From: Methylococcaceae bacterium TMED69
GTDB taxonomy: Bacteria; Pseudomonadota; Gammaproteobacteria; Ga0077536
Direction of reading: 5' to 3'
Assembly (NCBI GenBank): GCA_002170535.1
Contig: NHDW01000001.1
Coordinates: 1 to 57,898, forward strand
DNA length: 57,898 nt
The notes under the pieces were generated by a model. The model was not told the origin of the DNA. It ran no database searches and saw nothing but the letters and a program-made list of their open reading frames with translations. The position numbers and the translations under genes were made by a program. This document shows positions 29,056 through 38,271 of this stretch, piece after piece; the stretch's first letter is position 1, and each line of letters opens with the position of its first letter.

Positions 29056-29057
29056 CT

Positions 29058-30122
29058 TTATTCTCCTTGATCTAGTAGCTCACTTGTAATTTTCGAAGCT
29101 ATTCTTTTTACTAAACTTGAGGTTCCTATATTCTTGATTTCTAATAAATCACACCACATATTACCATTTTTTGGTGAGCCTAGCTTATCTTGTTGTCCTT
29201 TTACAATTGTTATATTGACATGACATTCTTTATTCGAAACCCTATAGATAAATGAAGTCAATTCTTTTTCAACAAAAAGGGTTAGAAATAATTTTTTTGA
29301 GCGCTTAAGAATCTGAGTTCGACTTTTAGACTCTGGCAGGTGCCACAGACCGCCCCAAAGCTGACTTTCTTTTTGTTTTTCTAATAATATCTGATTCTTT
29401 TGGTTTATAAATGCTGTTAGCCTCAAGATAATTTTTTTTGGGGGTTTTGTTTTGTTCTTTTTTGGAATAATGTCAGTTATATCCTCTATTCGTGCTCTAC
29501 AAGAACTATGAAGCGGACATATTTCACATTTAGGGTTTGATTTAAAGCAGATTGTAGCACCTAAATCCATTAGTCCTTGGTTGTAATGACGAAATTCTTT
29601 GTTCGGTAAAGACGCCGTTGCAAGCTCCCAAAGTTTCTTTTCTGTTCCTTTTTCATTTAACGCGGACTTGATACCGAAAAAGCGGATTAAAATTTTTTTT
29701 ACATTAGCATCTAAAATTACGGCTTCTTTATTTAATGAAAGAGAGACTATAGCGCCAGCGGTAGAACGACCGATTCCAGGTAATTCCATTAATCCTTCAA
29801 CAGTAGAGGGGATTCGACCATTGAGTTTATTGATAATCATTTGAGCAGCCTTGTGCATTAGTCTAGCTCTTCGGTAATAACCTAAACCTGACCACTTGTG
29901 TAGAATTTCATCTATGTGCTCGTTTGCTAGAGTTTTTACATCCGGGAAACTGAAAATAAATCGATTATAATATTTTAATACAGTAGCAACCTGGGTCTGT
30001 TGTAACATGATCTCAGAGACCCAAACTCGATATTTATTAGGATTTTGTTGCCAAGGAAGATGTTTTCGACCCTTAAGTTTTTGCCATTGTATAACATGAT
30101 CAGAAAAGGATGGTTTTTTCAT
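29058..30122 (-). CDS. mutY: A/G-specific adenine glycosylase MutY
   Basis: VWVSEIMLQQTQV, WSGLGYY, LPGIGRSTAGAI, MDLGATIC...C..C.....C iron-sulfur motif. Confidence 0.96.
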   Translation of the reverse strand: MKKPSFSDHVIQWQKLKGRKHLPWQQNPNKYRVWVSEIMLQQTQVATVLKYYNRFIFSFPDVKTLANEHIDEILHKWSGLGYYRRARLMHKAAQMIINKLNGRIPSTVEGLMELPGIGRSTAGAIVSLSLNKEAVILDANVKKILIRFFGIKSALNEKGTEKKLWELATASLPNKEFRHYNQGLMDLGATICFKSNPKCEICPLHSSCRARIEDITDIIPKKNKTKPPKKIILRLTAFINQKNQILLEKQKESQLWGGLWHLPESKSRTQILKRSKKLFLTLFVEKELTSFIYRVSNKECHVNITIVKGQQDKLGSPKNGNMWCDLLEIKNIGTSSLVKRIASKITSELLDQGE

Positions 30123-30127
30123 CTTTT

Positions 30128-30673
30128 TTATCGGATTTTTCTTTCAATATTTTCCACAGTTTCAGTTATTTGCTCTTTAAATACTTTGTCTAAAAAATAG
30201 ACTCCAATAATGGGAGGTATCCAAAATCTAGGTTTCAATTGACCTGTAACAGATAATTTAGTTTGATTTATCGATATTTCTTGGACAATCCATTCTGACT
30301 TTCCAAAATAAAAGCTACTTTTATCACCTATAATTGTTGAGCTTATTTTATTTGATTGGATCTTTATTTCCTCTTCAAAGTTTAAATCGAAGCAGAAGTT
30401 TAGTATACATTTCTCCAGCTTGAAGACCCTTATAGTTTTTGTTCCTCTGGACTTTTGAGCACTTGACTTTATATGTTTGTTCAGGTGTGGTAGATATTTA
30501 TAATCAGACAGGATGCTGAACACTGCGTTTGGCGTGGCATTGACGCTTGCGTTAAACTGATAATTAATTATCCCGTTTTTCAAACTAATTTCTGAGTCTA
30601 GAATTTCTGCTCCATTCACAGGTATCTGAGAAATCCCTATCAAAAGAGATGTAATAATCGTAAAGAAAATCAT
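30128..30673 (-). CDS. Exported SRPBCC/START-like hypothetical protein
   Basis: Signal peptide; VFSILSDY..LP; C-terminal PRFWIPPIIG helix pattern. Confidence 0.6.
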   Translation of the reverse strand: MIFFTIITSLLIGISQIPVNGAEILDSEISLKNGIINYQFNASVNATPNAVFSILSDYKYLPHLNKHIKSSAQKSRGTKTIRVFKLEKCILNFCFDLNFEEEIKIQSNKISSTIIGDKSSFYFGKSEWIVQEISINQTKLSVTGQLKPRFWIPPIIGVYFLDKVFKEQITETVENIERKIR

Positions 30674-30693
30674 TTAATAATTAAAAGGTATCT

Positions 30694-33009
30694 TTAAAAG
30701 TTAAATATTTTTTTCAGACTTTCTCCAGCTTCTTTACCTATACTCTCTTTAATCTTGTCGCTTAATATTCCTTTGATTTTGTCTGTTGTTTGATTTTTTA
30801 TAACAGATTTAACCAATGGCTGAACATTTGGACGACATTTCGGTTTTGAAATACTACCTTTACAGTTTATAGGGATTGTAACACTCTTACGTGTTGCCGA
30901 TCCTTCTGAATCTATCATCGATAAGGTCAGCTTGTAACGAGAAAAATCTTTCATCCCATCAATATAGCCATCACCCTTAATTAAAAAATTTGCTCCTTGT
31001 ACATTTAAATCGAGAGTGGTATCTAATTTGGGGTTAAGCGTTAGGGACGCCGAAGCGGTTTCAAATACTGTGACGCCTTGCTTTGGTAATGGTTGGAGGC
31101 ATCTACATTTTACAATTGTTTGAACAGTATCTATTAAGCCGGTCGCATTAAAGTATCTTAAAGCGCCCGAATTGAGCTCGACTAGTGCTTGTCCTTTTGC
31201 CGATTGTAATAATTTCCCTGAATCTGAGCCTAAAGCCTCTAATTGACCCTCGAAATTTAATCTTCCAATAACGTCGATTGTTTTATCAATTCTGCTCAAA
31301 TCTATATCTTTTAGTTTTGAATTAACATTTATCTTTGGAATGGATTCTCTGGAATCAATTATCAAAGAACTAGTGTAAGTGCCATCTAAAATTTTAGCTT
31401 CAGCAGGTTTTATTGTAATGACCGCATTGTTAGCTAGTAATCCTATAACTATGTCTTCAATGGTAATTCCAGAGGTCAGAATTTTATCAATTTTGATTTC
31501 ACCTTTGCCTTCTAAAGACGATAAAAGCTCAATTGGTAATTGCACAATACCTACTGCAGCCGTTTCTGGTGTTATTGGTTTAGGGTTTTCAGAGTTTATA
31601 TATCTATCTAAATCAATTTGGTTAACTGACATTACAAAATCGAATTTATTTTTTTTTCGAAAAACGGAATTAAATTCAATATTCGCCTTTACGTCATCGA
31701 AATTCAGACTTGTTTGGGATAGATTAATTTGATCGTCATTTAATTTTGCTAGTCCAGTTATTTTTACGTCTTTAAACGTTGATTCTTTTATTTCCAATGC
31801 GTGCTCTAACCCAAATAATTCTATCCATTTTTTTAAACTTTTAATATTGGCACTATACTTAATATCAGCGGACATCTCTTTGTTAAATCCAAGAACCCCT
31901 TCCACATTGATATTGGAATCTAGGCCTGAAGCGCTAAGTTGATCGATCGTAAAAGTACCTTTAGATAGATTAAATTCAGAAATTTTGTTTTTTATAATGA
32001 TAGTAGGGTTTTGTTGTATATTTTTTTTGAAAAAGTTAATTGTTGAGTCCAAGTTTAAATTTGTTTCGCTTCCACTGACTGAAGTTTTCAATTGCCCAAA
32101 TTTAAACGGCATCGAGAAGTCTGCTCTAGTAAACTTTTGTAATCTAGTTAGGTTTACTTTGTTAATCTCGAAGGAACTTGTTAAGTTAAATTTTGTTTTT
32201 TTGAAAGAAATGTTTTGTGCTTTCAGCTTTCCTCGTAAACTTACGCCAAGCATACTTAAATTTATATCATCAAAATTTACTGTATTGTTTTCATCAGTAC
32301 TAAAAGTAGTGCTGATTTTAAGTTGGCGATCTTTTTGATTCAGAGCAGTAGAGTCTATATCAAGATTGATATTGTATATATCCGAAGCTAATTTCAGGAT
32401 TGGTAGAATATTTGAAGCATCTATTTTAACGTTACCTGATAAAGAGGGTGTTTTTGATTTATAATTATCGATTTCTGCCACGCTGTTTACTCTTAGCCCA
32501 AAAGGCGAGGCTTTTAAGTCCTTTATTATGAGTGAGATTGAGTCTCCTGTCTGTTGGTGCTCTACTTGGGTTAGAGTGACTAAGCTCTCTTGAAGTCCAA
32601 TTTTTGTAAAAAGTTCTGCCAGAGGTGTATTTTTCTCAACAGTTTTGTCAGTAATTTTTATCGATGCATTTACTTCATTAATTTTAAAATACTCTGGCAT
32701 ATAAGAGCTATTTATTAAATTAAGAATTGGAATTGAAAAATTAATGCTTTTTACTCTTAAGTTTTCTTTGTTGGGATTCTCTTCCTTGCTCCTAATGGTT
32801 AAATTTTCAACTGAAATAGTAAGTCTAGACAAAAGATTTAAATTGAAATCGCCATCAATAGATGCGAGATACTCGGTGTTCTTGGCGACGTAATTAGAAA
32901 TAGCATTTTTGAAAAAGTTGCTACTTAAGTTATTGATTAAGATGATTCCTACTACCGGAATGGTAAATAAAAACAGCAAAATTGATATAGCTATCCTATT
33001 TTTTTTCAT
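30694..33009 (-). CDS. asmA: AsmA family protein
   Basis: N-terminal anchor, IDGDFNL, IDLDRY, C-terminal beta-rich region; upstream of mutY-yggX. Confidence 0.8.
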   Translation of the reverse strand: MKKNRIAISILLFLFTIPVVGIILINNLSSNFFKNAISNYVAKNTEYLASIDGDFNLNLLSRLTISVENLTIRSKEENPNKENLRVKSINFSIPILNLINSSYMPEYFKINEVNASIKITDKTVEKNTPLAELFTKIGLQESLVTLTQVEHQQTGDSISLIIKDLKASPFGLRVNSVAEIDNYKSKTPSLSGNVKIDASNILPILKLASDIYNINLDIDSTALNQKDRQLKISTTFSTDENNTVNFDDINLSMLGVSLRGKLKAQNISFKKTKFNLTSSFEINKVNLTRLQKFTRADFSMPFKFGQLKTSVSGSETNLNLDSTINFFKKNIQQNPTIIIKNKISEFNLSKGTFTIDQLSASGLDSNINVEGVLGFNKEMSADIKYSANIKSLKKWIELFGLEHALEIKESTFKDVKITGLAKLNDDQINLSQTSLNFDDVKANIEFNSVFRKKNKFDFVMSVNQIDLDRYINSENPKPITPETAAVGIVQLPIELLSSLEGKGEIKIDKILTSGITIEDIVIGLLANNAVITIKPAEAKILDGTYTSSLIIDSRESIPKINVNSKLKDIDLSRIDKTIDVIGRLNFEGQLEALGSDSGKLLQSAKGQALVELNSGALRYFNATGLIDTVQTIVKCRCLQPLPKQGVTVFETASASLTLNPKLDTTLDLNVQGANFLIKGDGYIDGMKDFSRYKLTLSMIDSEGSATRKSVTIPINCKGSISKPKCRPNVQPLVKSVIKNQTTDKIKGILSDKIKESIGKEAGESLKKIFNF

Positions 33010-34405
33010 TTAACTTTTTCAATCTTTTTTTGATCCTAGTGCATGCAGAAATAACTTCAGAAGGCGCTGTTCCCCCGATATGATTTCTGATGTTAACGGC
33101 TTGCTGTAAAGACAGAACTTGATATATCGACTCGTCAAAAACAGTGCTGATATCTTGAAATTCCTTCAGTGTAAATTCCTCTAATTTTTTTGATTCTTTG
33201 ATAGCTTTTCGGACAATTCTTCCAGTTAACTCATGGGCGTCTCTAAACGATGTCCCCTTACGAACTAGATGATCGGCAATATCCGTTGCTAAAATAAATC
33301 CATCTTTCGTAGCATCTAATAGATTTTGTCGTTTTATTTCTATTCTAGGAATTAGGTTGCTCAGTATTTGTGCTGACTGTTTAGTAGTGACGACCGCGTC
33401 AAATAAAGGTTCTTTGTCTTCTTGATTATCTTTGTTGTAGCAAAGTGGTTGGCTCTTCATTATGGTCATGATAGCAACCAAACTACCTAGCAATCTCCCA
33501 CTTTTACCTCTTATTAGTTCGGGTACATCTGGATTCTTTTTCTGAGGCATCATGGAAGAACCTGTACAGTATTCATCGCTAATTTCAATAAAATTAAATT
33601 GTTGTGAGGACCAAATTATCAACTCTTCGCACATTCTGGAAAAATGGATCATCGTAAGAGTTAAGCTAGAAATGAACTCTATTACGAAGTCGCGGTCGCT
33701 TACAGCATCCATAGAATTTTCGCTCACATGCTCAAATTCAAGTAATTTTGCAGTTATTTTTCTGTCGATTTTAAATGTTGTTCCCGCTAGAGCCCCAGAG
33801 CCCAGGGGCAGAACATTAATTCTTTTTCTACAATCGCGAAGTCGTTCAATGTCACGTAAAATCATTTCAGCCCAAGCTAGCAGATGATGACCCATCGTAA
33901 CCGGTTGAGCAACTTGTAAATGCGTAAATCCAGGCATGATAGAAAAGGCCTCTTTTTCCGCTAAAGCCACAATTTTATGGATTAGATTGGCGAGAATCGT
34001 TATCAGTTCATCGACTTGAGTCCTTGCGTATAAGCGCAGATCTGTGGCTACTTGATCATTTCTTGAGCGTGCGGTGTGTAATTTTTTGCCTGTTTCTCCG
34101 ATTATTTCTACTAGTCGATTTTCAATATTCATATGAACGTCTTCGAGGCTTATGTTCCATGCGAACTGACCATTGTTGATCTCTTCCTCAATACTCTCCA
34201 GTCCCGCAAGAATGTCTTTGCATTCTTGGCCGTTAATAATTTTGCATTCTTTAAGCATGGTAGCGTGGGCTTTTGAGCCCAATATGTCATAAGGAGCTAG
34301 TGTTCTGTCAAAGGTTACCGAAGCGGTAAATTCTTCCACCATTGGTTCGGTATTTGATTGAAATCTACCTTTCCACGGTTTATTTTTCTTAGGTTCGGTC
34401 GACAT
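32996..34405 (-). CDS. argH: Argininosuccinate lyase
   Basis: WKGRF, EDVHMNIE, HTARSRNDQ, PGFTHLQ, GSSMMPQKKNPD, YNKDNQEDKE. Confidence 0.98.
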   Translation of the reverse strand: MSTEPKKNKPWKGRFQSNTEPMVEEFTASVTFDRTLAPYDILGSKAHATMLKECKIINGQECKDILAGLESIEEEINNGQFAWNISLEDVHMNIENRLVEIIGETGKKLHTARSRNDQVATDLRLYARTQVDELITILANLIHKIVALAEKEAFSIMPGFTHLQVAQPVTMGHHLLAWAEMILRDIERLRDCRKRINVLPLGSGALAGTTFKIDRKITAKLLEFEHVSENSMDAVSDRDFVIEFISSLTLTMIHFSRMCEELIIWSSQQFNFIEISDEYCTGSSMMPQKKNPDVPELIRGKSGRLLGSLVAIMTIMKSQPLCYNKDNQEDKEPLFDAVVTTKQSAQILSNLIPRIEIKRQNLLDATKDGFILATDIADHLVRKGTSFRDAHELTGRIVRKAIKESKKLEEFTLKEFQDISTVFDESIYQVLSLQQAVNIRNHIGGTAPSEVISACTRIKKRLKKLNEKK

Positions 34406-34486
34406 TTGATTACTTTTTTGTGTAAATTTGAAGTTTAACTCAGCCTATATCAAGGTACAACTGTGCAAGAGAGCGACGAAACATTT

Positions 34487-35218
34487 TTAATGATCTCCCC
34501 AAACTGTTTGAATTGAGGAAATGGCACTGATAGCAGCTGTTTCAGCCCGAAGTGTCCGCGGGCCTAGTCGAAGATTTCTAAAACCTTTTTGCGCCAGAAT
34601 TTCGACTTCTGATGCATCGAAACCCTTTTCGGGGCCGCAACAAATAGCAACTTTACGTTTAATTTTTTTTTGGTCTAGCAATCTTTTGCCATCTTTTGAG
34701 TTAAGAACAAAGCAACTCGCAACATTGTTTTCAACAAAAACTTGGTCTAATTTGATGGGATGATTTAATTTTAACAACTTTATTCGACCGCACTGTTCTG
34801 TCGCATGCCTGCTTATTTCAAACCAGTGTGCCATTTTCTTTTCTATCTTATTTGATTGTAATTTAACCAATGCATTTTTTGATAAAATTGGTGTGAACTC
34901 GGTGGCTCCTAACTCTGTGATTTTTTGAATTACTAGATCCATGTTTTGATTTTTTAGAATACATTGAAAAAGATGTAGTTTTACCGCTGGTTCTTTAATA
35001 ACCGCAAGTTCTTTGTTTGCGATGATTTTGATTCTGCCCGTTTTTAACTCCAAAATTGTCGCACTAAATTCTTTATTCTCATTAAATATTCTAATTTTAT
35101 CCCCTTGCTTCTGTCTGAGTGTATTTACTAATTTATTGATTACATAATTAGGTAACTCGATGACTTGTCCTGTAGAAATCGGGGTAGGAATAAAAAAACG
35201 ATTGTAATTCGAATTCAT
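34487..35218 (-). CDS. rsmE: 16S rRNA m3U1498 methyltransferase RsmE
   Basis: IQKITELG, EQCGR, GPEKGF, LGPRTLRAETA. Confidence 0.95.
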   Translation of the reverse strand: MNSNYNRFFIPTPISTGQVIELPNYVINKLVNTLRQKQGDKIRIFNENKEFSATILELKTGRIKIIANKELAVIKEPAVKLHLFQCILKNQNMDLVIQKITELGATEFTPILSKNALVKLQSNKIEKKMAHWFEISRHATEQCGRIKLLKLNHPIKLDQVFVENNVASCFVLNSKDGKRLLDQKKIKRKVAICCGPEKGFDASEVEILAQKGFRNLRLGPRTLRAETAAISAISSIQTVWGDH

Positions 35219-35232
35219 TGGATAGAATAGTA

Positions 35233-35256
35233 TAAGATTAAGATTAAGATTAAGAT
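35233..35256. repeat. Tandem hexamer (TAAGAT)x4
   Basis: Four perfect copies in the divergent rsmE/TerB-family intergenic region. Confidence 0.9.
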
Positions 35257-35305
35257 CATACTACTTGATCATATAATTATTTGTAACCAGTTTAGGAAGC
35301 ATTCT

Positions 35306-35755
35306 ATGTTAAACAGAATAAAAAGTTTATTAAGTAATCGCGACAAGGTTGAAGAAGGAATTGAAGCCCAACAGATAGCCGTAGCAGCCGGAGTTCTTTT
35401 GATTGAGATTGCTAGAGCAGATGACGATATAGCGGATGACGAGATTGATATCGCTGTCAATCATTTGGAACATTCGTTTCAAGATAACTCGTTTAAAATC
35501 GATGACGTTTTCAAGGAAACCATAAAGGATAAGTCAGAAGATGCCATTTCTTTGTTCGAATTTACAGACTTGATCAACAAAGAATGGGATAAGGAAAAAA
35601 AAATTAAATTATTGCAAGCCCTTTGGGAAGTGGCAAACGCTGACAATCAAATTGATAAATATGAGGAATATTACATTCGTAAAATTAAGGATTTATTATA
35701 TTTATCGGATAATGACTTTATTAAAGCAAAAATAAAAGTTTTAGATGACCAATGA
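35306..35755 (+). CDS. TerB family protein
   Basis: LLIEIARAD, SLFEFT..IN, LWEVANAD..IDKYEEYYIRKI. Confidence 0.88.
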   Translation: MLNRIKSLLSNRDKVEEGIEAQQIAVAAGVLLIEIARADDDIADDEIDIAVNHLEHSFQDNSFKIDDVFKETIKDKSEDAISLFEFTDLINKEWDKEKKIKLLQALWEVANADNQIDKYEEYYIRKIKDLLYLSDNDFIKAKIKVLDDQ

Positions 35756-35802
35756 ATAGTTCTCTAATCTAATTTAGATAGTTCATAAATTTAGGGTAAG
35801 CA

Positions 35803-38271
35803 ATGTTGAGCCAAAAAAATTTAGAAATAGTGCCGGATCTAGCAAGCCTAAAACTACGACTTAAAACTTTAGAAACCCAGCTATTGAGTAAGAGAAAAGT
35901 AGCTTCGTTTCCAAGAGTAAGGACAATAGATGATTTTTTGCGCGAATCTTTTTGGGATCAGTCATATGCTGGAAAACAGATGCAACACATAAAATTTATA
36001 TTAGACTCAAATCAAGAAGAATTTTTATGGGGGAATTTAGTTAAAAAAAATAATAAATTTGATACGAGATACGCGTTTGAGTTGGGTTCGAAAGCCAAAC
36101 ACACTTATTATCTGGCCACAAAGATTTTTTATGATATTAAATATTCAAAGCAGTTGAACGAAGATCAAGAAAATTTCTTTCATTTAAGTAAGCAATATCA
36201 AAATTTTCTAAAGCATCATGAGATTGTTGATGTAAATCTACTGCTCCAGAATTTTACAATTTACTTTAACAAAAAAAAATTTCAAGCATTAGGTTTCGAC
36301 CTGCCACTTCCTCTCGAAAAAAAAATTATTTCACTAGCGGAATTTACCCAGCCAAATAACATTCGTAAATCTGATTATCAACTGTACGTATTTTCATCTT
36401 TTGAAGATGAAATTCGTGAGGCATTTAGGTGGGCCGAGGCCTTAAGTTTAAAGAGGCCAGATTCGCGAATTGCTATTGTAGTAGATAAACAGGATATAGA
36501 ATATGCGACGATAATCGGAAAGCACATGAAAATGAGTTTCTATTCATTAGCCGCGCAAGAAAAAATTTGTAAACAGTCTATGGTTCGGTTACCTCTAGAA
36601 TTATTAAAATTGGATTACATTTTTACTTGGGAACATCTGAGCTTCCTTTTGACTAATCGCAATCTTTTTGGAGCAAGTGAAGAGTTTTGTAACCGCTCTT
36701 CATTTGATGCCGAATTTCGATCATCCGGTATTTATCAAATGTCATTAAAGGATTTGCTTAGCAATAATAAACTTTCTCAGTCATGTCCTTTATTTATTAA
36801 GTTTTTGCAACGATTTAATCTGTTTACTAAGCAGAGACAGGGCGAAAAAAATTTTACGTTATGGGTTAGGATAGTAAATGATTTTCTTCAGGATATCGAT
36901 TGGTTAGGCGACAGAGCAAATAGCTGGTTGCAGGATAAAGTTTTTCAAAGTTGGTCATCTGTTTGCGATTCACTTTGTTCGTTGGATGCTTTATGTACCG
37001 GAGAAATAAGTTTCCAGGAATTCTCTTATCACCTAAGTAGAAAGCTTGAGGTAATAGAAATGAGATATGCCTTAGAATCCAGTAATGTTTTTGTTTTGGA
37101 TCCAGACCAAGTTTCTCCTGTTCAACCTACGCATTTATGGTTAATTGGTATGAGTGGCGGTAAACCTCGTCTTAAGAATAAGATCTCAAATTTTTTGCCT
37201 TTGGATCCTCAGATAAAAGCAATGGTTTCGGGGATTGACTCAAGGGTGGATTTTCAACTCAGACAAAAACTTTTTGACTCATTTTCAATTAATAAGGAAG
37301 AAATTATTATCAGCTATAGTGCGTACACAAAGGGAATTAAAAACCTCAAATCTTCGCTTTTGGACTCTGACCCCTTGATACGAAAGGGGGACGAAAAGGT
37401 TAAGACTCAAAAGATTCTTACAAGTCCGGTTGATTATGAAAACCTTTATGGTGCTCGTTTTAAAAAAGATAATCAAAGTTGCGGCTCTGTATCTTTTTTT
37501 GCGGACCAAGCAGCTTGCCCTTTTAAAGGTTACGCAATTCATCGTTTAGGTTCTAAAGCCATTGAGGAACCTAATCCTGGTATTAGTAAAAAATTACAAG
37601 GTATTTTAATTCATGAAGTTCTTGCAAATCTTTGGGCTAATATTAGTAGTTTGGAGAATCTAAAAACAAAAAATACTGATGAATTAGCCCACATGATCCT
37701 TACTAGTATTGAAAATGTGTTCGAAAAAACTGAAAACCTTGTGAACTGTGAAGTTCCGATTGTGGATATCGAAAAAAACAGAATAAAAAAGTTGGTTTTA
37801 AATTGGCTTGAATTTGAAAAAAAAGGCGAAAATTTTAAAGTTGTGGGCATAGAAAAAAAAGTTCGTGGAAGAATTTTCAACACGATGGTCTCGTGTAGAA
37901 TTGATCGATTAGATCGGTTAAGTAACGGTTCCCTTCGAGTGATTGACTATAAGACAGGTTTGTTTACCAAAGGGGATTTGGAGCCGCCCAGAATAAACGC
38001 TCCTCAATTATATTTATATTCTATGCTGCTTGGCCTGAACAAAGTAAGCGGATTTTCGGTCGCTAAGATTAACGTGAAGACAGCAAGCTTAATTTCAAAG
38101 ATTATACAGACTCACGACAATCATGCTTGGCACGATGATTTGGAGGAACTCAGTCATGAAATAGATAATGGATATGCAGCAAGAAGACCAAAGAAATCCG
38201 AATCTACTTGTAAGTTTTGTGACCAGAAGCTTTTTTGCAGGAAAAAAACCTTTGAAAATAGTAAAAAATGA
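35803..38271 (+). CDS. addB: AddB/RexB-like subunit (inactive helicase + PD-(D/E)xK nuclease with Fe-S staple)
   Basis: DQAACPF, GILIHEVL, RIDRLD, VIDYKTG, PQL, CKFCDQKLFCR; ATGA-coupled to the helicase. Confidence 0.8.
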   Translation: MLSQKNLEIVPDLASLKLRLKTLETQLLSKRKVASFPRVRTIDDFLRESFWDQSYAGKQMQHIKFILDSNQEEFLWGNLVKKNNKFDTRYAFELGSKAKHTYYLATKIFYDIKYSKQLNEDQENFFHLSKQYQNFLKHHEIVDVNLLLQNFTIYFNKKKFQALGFDLPLPLEKKIISLAEFTQPNNIRKSDYQLYVFSSFEDEIREAFRWAEALSLKRPDSRIAIVVDKQDIEYATIIGKHMKMSFYSLAAQEKICKQSMVRLPLELLKLDYIFTWEHLSFLLTNRNLFGASEEFCNRSSFDAEFRSSGIYQMSLKDLLSNNKLSQSCPLFIKFLQRFNLFTKQRQGEKNFTLWVRIVNDFLQDIDWLGDRANSWLQDKVFQSWSSVCDSLCSLDALCTGEISFQEFSYHLSRKLEVIEMRYALESSNVFVLDPDQVSPVQPTHLWLIGMSGGKPRLKNKISNFLPLDPQIKAMVSGIDSRVDFQLRQKLFDSFSINKEEIIISYSAYTKGIKNLKSSLLDSDPLIRKGDEKVKTQKILTSPVDYENLYGARFKKDNQSCGSVSFFADQAACPFKGYAIHRLGSKAIEEPNPGISKKLQGILIHEVLANLWANISSLENLKTKNTDELAHMILTSIENVFEKTENLVNCEVPIVDIEKNRIKKLVLNWLEFEKKGENFKVVGIEKKVRGRIFNTMVSCRIDRLDRLSNGSLRVIDYKTGLFTKGDLEPPRINAPQLYLYSMLLGLNKVSGFSVAKINVKTASLISKIIQTHDNHAWHDDLEELSHEIDNGYAARRPKKSESTCKFCDQKLFCRKKTFENSKK

